NCBI RefSeq assembly: GCF_004010195.1
Contig: NW_025214935.1
Coordinates: 22,055 to 55,632, forward strand
DNA length: 33,578 nt
Direction of reading: 5' to 3'
DNA from: Chiloscyllium plagiosum
Lineage: Eukaryota
Positions 33,491 through 33,578 of this stretch are shown here, piece by piece. The translations under genes were made by a program, and so were the position numbers. A model generated the notes under the pieces. It made no database searches and was not told the DNA's origin. It saw nothing but the letters and a program-made list of their open reading frames with translations. How positions within the stretch are numbered: position 1 is the first letter of the stretch; each line of letters begins with the position of its first letter.

Positions 33491-33578
33491 CTGTGGGAAC
33501 AGGGAGGGGGAGATAGAATGGGGAGGGAGGGGAGAAAACAAGAGAAACTCAGGTACAGCAATCACAGAATGGCCAGTT

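Overview
Repeat-saturated vertebrate genomic DNA, most likely from a shark. This is inferred from the repeat families present: HE1/V-SINE-type SINEs, many CR1 LINEs, and Penelope elements. Left to right: (1) the 5' end of a CR1 LINE abutting a ~2.7-kb AT-rich GAAT/TTCATTGAA satellite that runs into a 500-N gap; (2) CR1, L1, L2-like, RTE, SINE and LTR fragments; (3) a probable first coding exon of a GPR139-like receptor with no second exon in the window; (4) a dead Buster-type hAT transposon; (5) a CR1 with ORF1 joined directly to the end of ORF2; (6) an internally deleted class I (gamma/epsilon-like) endogenous retrovirus on the minus strand. Its gag, RNase H, integrase, env, polypurine tract and LTR start can be reassembled across nested CR1, SINE and Penelope insertions; (7) seven Penelope-associated minimal hammerhead ribozyme motifs, two of them inside a TSD-flanked fold-back insertion; (8) the last coding exon of a TMEM17-like gene with an extended tail. 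Almost all ORFs in the supplied track are repeat debris. All calls come from reading the sequence by eye; no database search was run, and boundaries of degraded repeats are approximate.
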